Of a stretch of DNA of 64,000 nt, positions 62,101 through 64,000 are shown one piece after another. A program made the position numbers and the translations under genes. Location of the stretch: NCBI GenBank assembly GCA_950097015.1, contig CATNEN010000038.1:28148001-28212000 (forward strand). The letters run 5' to 3'. How positions within the stretch are numbered: position 1 is the stretch's first letter; each line of letters begins with the position of its first letter. The notes under the pieces are model-generated. The model was not told the DNA's origin and did no database searches. It saw only the letters and a program-made list of their open reading frames with translations. The stretch comes from Macrostomum hystrix. Its lineage: Eukaryota > Animalia > Platyhelminthes.

Positions 62101-63256
62101 GAGAGAGTCCGAGGGACCTCCCTGGGCGACGCCAACTCCTCGTTCGTGACGGCGCGTCGGTGGTTCAGGGACTAGCAGAATGGGCGGCATCGCCTTCCCG
62201 CTGTGTACCTCTATGGGACCGCCCTGCAGCTAAGTCAAGTAAGTCAAGATCAAATTACTCCAAAAGAACCGCCAAATATAAGTTGATCGAACGACTTCAA
62301 AAGAACCGCCACTTAATTTATCGAACGACTTCAAATGAGCCGCCACTTAATTGATCGAATGACTTCGAATGAGCCGCCACTTAATTTATCGAATGACTTC
62401 AAATGAGCCGCCACTTAATTGATCGAATGACTTCAAATGAGCCGCGACTTAATTGATCGAATGACTTCAAATGAGCCGCCACTTAATTGATCGAATGACT
62501 TCAAATGAGCCGCCACTTAATTGATCGAATGACTTCAAATGAGCCGCGACTTAATTGATCGAATGACTTCAAATGAGCCGCCACTTAATTTATCGGACGA
62601 CTTCAAAGAACCACCAGTTAATTGATCAAATGATTTTATGTAAAAATCACTAGTCAATAAAACGAATGATTTAGTCAGTTTGTCTGTAAATGTAACTTCA
62701 ATGAGGCCGCCTTTTTAATTATTTAACGAGTTCTTAATGAACCCGAAGATTTAATTTAATTGCTAAGCTCAAAGGGACCGCCTAATGCCTAGAATGAAGC
62801 CAAGAAAGTATCTATCGTGACTTGACAAATATTTCACTACTTTAGAAAATACTCATGAAAAATGTTATGAAAAAAACATAATGTATGATTTACCTCCAAC
62901 TCAGCCACCGCTTTGCCCTGCTCGCTACCAATGAGCACTTCATTCCACAATACCTCCCTTCCGACTTTGGGATCGATAGCGAAATAAGTAGAATCCACGC
63001 CAACAATTGTAACCGGGTGGCGAATATTTCGCTTTTGAAATCTTTCGCTCGGACTTTTCTCGATAATTTTTTCATTATCTTCGTCGTCGTCATCTTCAAC
63101 GTCTGGCGGCTCGGGTAGGATGACAGGGGCGGACGAGCTGGCTGCCAAGGAGCCGGCGTCGGGCATAACAGCACTCTGTGTCTGCGATGCAGCTGTTGCT
63201 AAGGTACTGCTAGTAATATTTCCATTCAGATTTTCTTCAGTGCGCGATTGTTGCAT
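44147..63256 (-). CDS. NRBP1: Nuclear receptor-binding protein (NRBP/MADM) pseudokinase with long C-terminal extension (about 1420 aa)
   Basis: Exons 63256-62894, 60049-59841, 59572-58950, 58541-58361, 57713-56984, 56897-56526, 55151-54558, 54117-53719, 44938-44147 give one open frame. Motifs IIEKSPSERFQKR, GVDSTYFAIDPKVGREVLWNEV, IVHGNL (HRD replaced), YLAPE, BC-box VPSLVILS, FLEDIRYGFYPI. Attachment of the last two exons is less certain than the kinase part. Confidence 0.85.
45620..46584 (+). pseudogene. C-terminal Pif1-helicase fragment of RepHel in the deleted Helitron
   Basis: Near-identical to 51946-52910 (GDFRQ, FAMTINKAQGQS, HGQLYVACSRV). Lacks Rep and the Walker A/B motifs. Confidence 0.85.
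46737..46979. mobile_element. hAT-type MITE inserted in the Helitron 3' region
   Basis: Ends CAGAGGCAGATTTAGG / CCTGGATCTGCCACTG (imperfect TIR). 8-bp TSD ACTGTATA at 46729-46736 and 46980-46987. Internal ~21-bp repeats (TTTTCGGCCGCTGGCGCCC). Only the left part survives in copy 2 (53063-53133). Confidence 0.85.
47217..53294 (+). mobile_element. Full-length autonomous Helitron, copy 2
   Basis: 5' TCTATATATATAAAAG directly after the CTAG of copy 1. 3' hairpin at 53264-53283 and CTAG at 53291-53294, followed by host T. No TSD. Encodes RepHel. Confidence 0.95.
47904..52910 (+). CDS. Helitron RepHel transposase (HUH/Y2 Rep + Pif1-like SF1 helicase), 1668 aa
   Basis: Zn motif CARC...CC. Rep motifs PDLFITFTCN, IEWQKRGLPHAHILIW, KYICKYVNKG. 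Helicase motifs DAPGGTGKT, IVWDECTM, GDFRQ, FAMTINKAQGQS, HGQLYVACSRV. Single uninterrupted ORF. Confidence 0.97.
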   Translation: MPPKKSFLSRLTKAARRATARPNDAVEDGATTAVPRPSTSAQPQAASSENEAEPVQPYNLRPRTRAQTSGTSGSSAGAAISSTASHGRDVDRRRELNRERTAEARRNETAVQTQQRQELDRDRTAEARRNETAVQTQQRQELDRDRTAEARRNETAVQTQQRQELDRDRTAEARRNETAVQTQQRQELDRDRTAEARRNETAVQTQQRQELDRDRTAEARRNETANQAEVRRQDDRERHRERAETFQFVGPPPAPTNPNVDEPDQPAGPRPWALNAALSYDPTVVYGVHPKLAMARMSVKCARCNALRWANETPGMCCSNGKVILEPLNENLPPCLRHLLLGETEESEHFLSNIRCYNSCFQMTSFGAKSIVREPGFMPAFKVQGQVYHDIGSLLPLPGEEPKFLQIYFMGDHQEQVERRCRIAPGVRANIVFELQEVLHEKNNYVRQFKTAIERLPRDTEEHRVVIRADKRPAGQHERRYNAPVVNDVAIQIVGQEFEKRDIVLQLRSNQLQRISELHKAYDTLQYPLIFWDGEDGYHINIRQIDIRTGNTSATKNVSAMDFYAFRLMVREGSFNYILRCRKLLLQFAVDMYAKIETERLNFIRFNQTKLRAEEYIHLRDAVANERNPNDIGQMVIILPSSFTGGPRYMHERIQDAMTYVRMYGRPDLFITFTCNSEWPELKAELMPGQQSQDRNDLVARVFQLKLKQLMEYITKGAIFGPTRCDMYTIEWQKRGLPHAHILIWLRSRIRPNQLDEVIRAEIPNPDEDPQLYLTVTKQMIHGPCGRLNPNSPCMKDNICSKKYPKALLSETVTGQDGYPLYRRRSREDGGFTTRIILRSHGNEEIDLDNRWVVPYCPLLSKVFNAHINVEYCNSVKSIKYICKYVNKGSDQAVFNIEGPGGIVNEFDEVNRFKSGRYISSNEAMWRIFGFSIHERHPSVMHLSVHLENGQRVYFTEENIQQRAQRPQDTTLTAFFKLCAEDPFARTLLYHQVPAYYTWNASSKGWKRRVQGAAVPGHPEIRQTDALARVYTVHPNHRECYYLRILLHTVIGPTSFRHIRTVEGHTCQTFHEACQRLGLLEDDAQWRATLEEAATVRSPSHLRDLFAIMVATCGLSDPLQLWETFKEPMAEDILFRARFVAQEPELPFTEAVFNEALLRIEDKVLELTDRYLDSFGLPKANRTGQQDNLCREMLRERGYDQEQLGQFIEENEPRLMPEQLEAYRELLRRVNNNVGGMVFLDAPGGTGKTFLINLLLAKVRQRGDVAIAVASSGIAATLLPGGRTAHSALKLPLDLSRAENPLCNIKKNTGTARVLQACKLIVWDECTMSHKLAFEALNLTLKDLRNNNQLMGGITLLLSGDFRQTLPVIPRGTPADEINACLKSSHLWPSVVKLHLRTNMRATIQGDETAHEFSANLLRIGNGLLEISTEDGQSSIATIGTIVQSVQKLKAKVYPNLMVRYADVDWLSERAILCPRNDAANEINYQLLQELPGAVFTYKSIDTTLTDDTAVEYPVEFLNSLDPPGTPSHNLQLKVGAPIMLLRNLNAPRLCNGTRLIVRRLFPHVIEATIMTGSGRGESVFVPRIPIIPTDLPFQFKRLQFPVRVCFAMTINKAQGQSLKVAGINLETPCFSHGQLYVACSRVGTPAGLFIFAPRGRTKNVVYPQALR
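53325..53625. repeat. 27-bp intronic minisatellite (GTGGAAAATTCCATAGAATAAGATGCA); one more unit at 44949-44972 on the other side of the Helitrons
   Basis: Tandem copies split by the insertion. Confidence 0.85.
54205..54533. repeat. 21-bp intronic minisatellite (AGATCTAACAGGTTTAGAATC)
   Basis: Tandem copies. Confidence 0.93.
55250..56480. repeat. 23-bp intronic minisatellite (GGATTAGGGATTGTAAATCCACA)
   Basis: About 45 copies. Confidence 0.96.
57850..58295. repeat. 16-bp pyrimidine-rich intronic minisatellite (CATCCCTACCCTGTCT)
   Basis: Tandem copies. Confidence 0.93.
58578..58830. repeat. 21-bp intronic minisatellite (GAGGGTAATGACCAATTATCT)
   Basis: Tandem copies. Confidence 0.93.
60310..62247 (+). 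mobile_element. Degenerate, internally deleted non-LTR retrotransposon (APE endonuclease, start of RT, CCHC finger; LOA/R1/I-like) in NRBP intron 1
   Basis: APE motifs KINLQH, LLQEPW, SDH, with frameshifts. RT N-terminal KSPGPDGIYP and VFIPKPGK. Then CSFCNSGDETAEHFVSICP near 61895. Tail (TAAGTCAAG)2. Candidate TSD GATCAAATT at 60301-60309 and 62248-62256. Confidence 0.85.
62248..62635. repeat. 34-bp intronic minisatellite (GAATGACTTCAAATGAGCCGCCACTTAATTGATC); degenerate units continue at 60185-60309
   Basis: Tandem copies on both sides of the LINE. Confidence 0.9.
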
Positions 63257-63410
63257 TCTTTAATTAATTAGAGTGCTAAGATAGCCGACAAACTTAATTT
63301 TAATTAAAGTTGATTATTACTGAAAGCGTAACAGCAATATTATGCTTCGAAGACAAAGATTAACAAAGTTATACTAAACGACGGAAGTTAATAAAAAATT
63401 GGCGCAACAA

Positions 63411-63695
63411 TAGACCCGCAGCCAGCGAGGATGCAATTCTGCCCATTTCGCTGACTCCTGAGCACACACGCACACAGATACTGTACGCAGTCACACTCAC
63501 ACAGCTGTGTACACCTGCCCTGACTTTCTCGTCAGGCAGTGTACACTCTCACTGTGCATTGGATGTTGTTAAATTGCAAGCCCCCAAGCCTTCTCTCTGC
63601 GGCTGCGCCCCAAATGAATGTGGCCTCACTGCGGAATCGAGATTATGGACCTTGGTGTGAGAGGCAAAAGCGCTAACCGCTTTGCCACTCACCCC
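63411..63695 (-). mobile_element. tRNA-headed SINE-like element; related fragments at 24770-24882 (+), 38909-38968 (-), 2101-2126 (-)
   Basis: Minus-strand A-box TGGCAAAGCGG (63687-63677) and B-box-like TCTCGATTCC (63642-63633). The body GACCCGCAGCCAGCGAGGATGCAATTCTGCCCATTTCGCTGACTCCTGAGCAC is shared with the other sites. Confidence 0.6.
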
Positions 63696-64000
63696 TTAAC
63701 AGCGGGAATTTCAATTACATAACCCAATGCTTTGTCACGTAATCAGCGATATTTAGCTGTGATAGTTGTACTTTTAAACTGCTATTTATTTTTATTGACA
63801 ACGGAAAGCCATGAAAACTTACGTCTTATTTTGCTGCTTTGAAAAACTAATTTTTTATATATTTCGTCTGACTTTGAAAAAATCGGCAAAGCGAAGCATT
63901 CCGATCTCAAAGGAGGAAAAAAGCAACCTTTGTGTTAACCGCCTAATTCGAAAAAAATTACATGTTTAATATTGTCTGTCACACCAACCAATAAACCGAC

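Overview
Eukaryotic (animal) genomic DNA. Nearly every longer intron is filled by its own minisatellite and the exons are GC-rich with poly-Q tracts, which resembles a Macrostomum-type free-living flatworm (inference only). Spliced genes were reconstructed by hand from GT-AG sites and frame phase. They are a 5'-truncated LRRK/ROCO kinase (+, 827-21274), SLBP (+, 24317-25717), FHA-less PNKP (-, 26883-29901), PSMD4/Rpn10 (-, 37261-40952) and a C-terminally extended NRBP/MADM pseudokinase (-, 44147-63256). There is also an intronless orphan ORF (-, 34055-34720). Mobile DNA: (1) an intact D,D34D mariner transposase inside an outer shell of 14-bp inverted repeats with an 8-bp target duplication (31812-33634); (2) a head-to-tail pair of non-identical Helitrons, one deleted and one with a full 1668-aa RepHel, in the last NRBP intron (44984-53294), both carrying a hAT-type MITE; (3) an internally deleted non-LTR retrotransposon (60310-62247); (4) a small dispersed SINE-like family. 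About 30 distinct tandem arrays occur, many sharing a CTGTCT/TCTAACA core. The most notable items are the mariner inside an 8-bp-TSD shell, the heterologous Helitron dimer with STPR-like repeats, the intron minisatellites and their shared core, the Cys/His-rich NRBP extension, and a captured exon fragment inside an intronic array.
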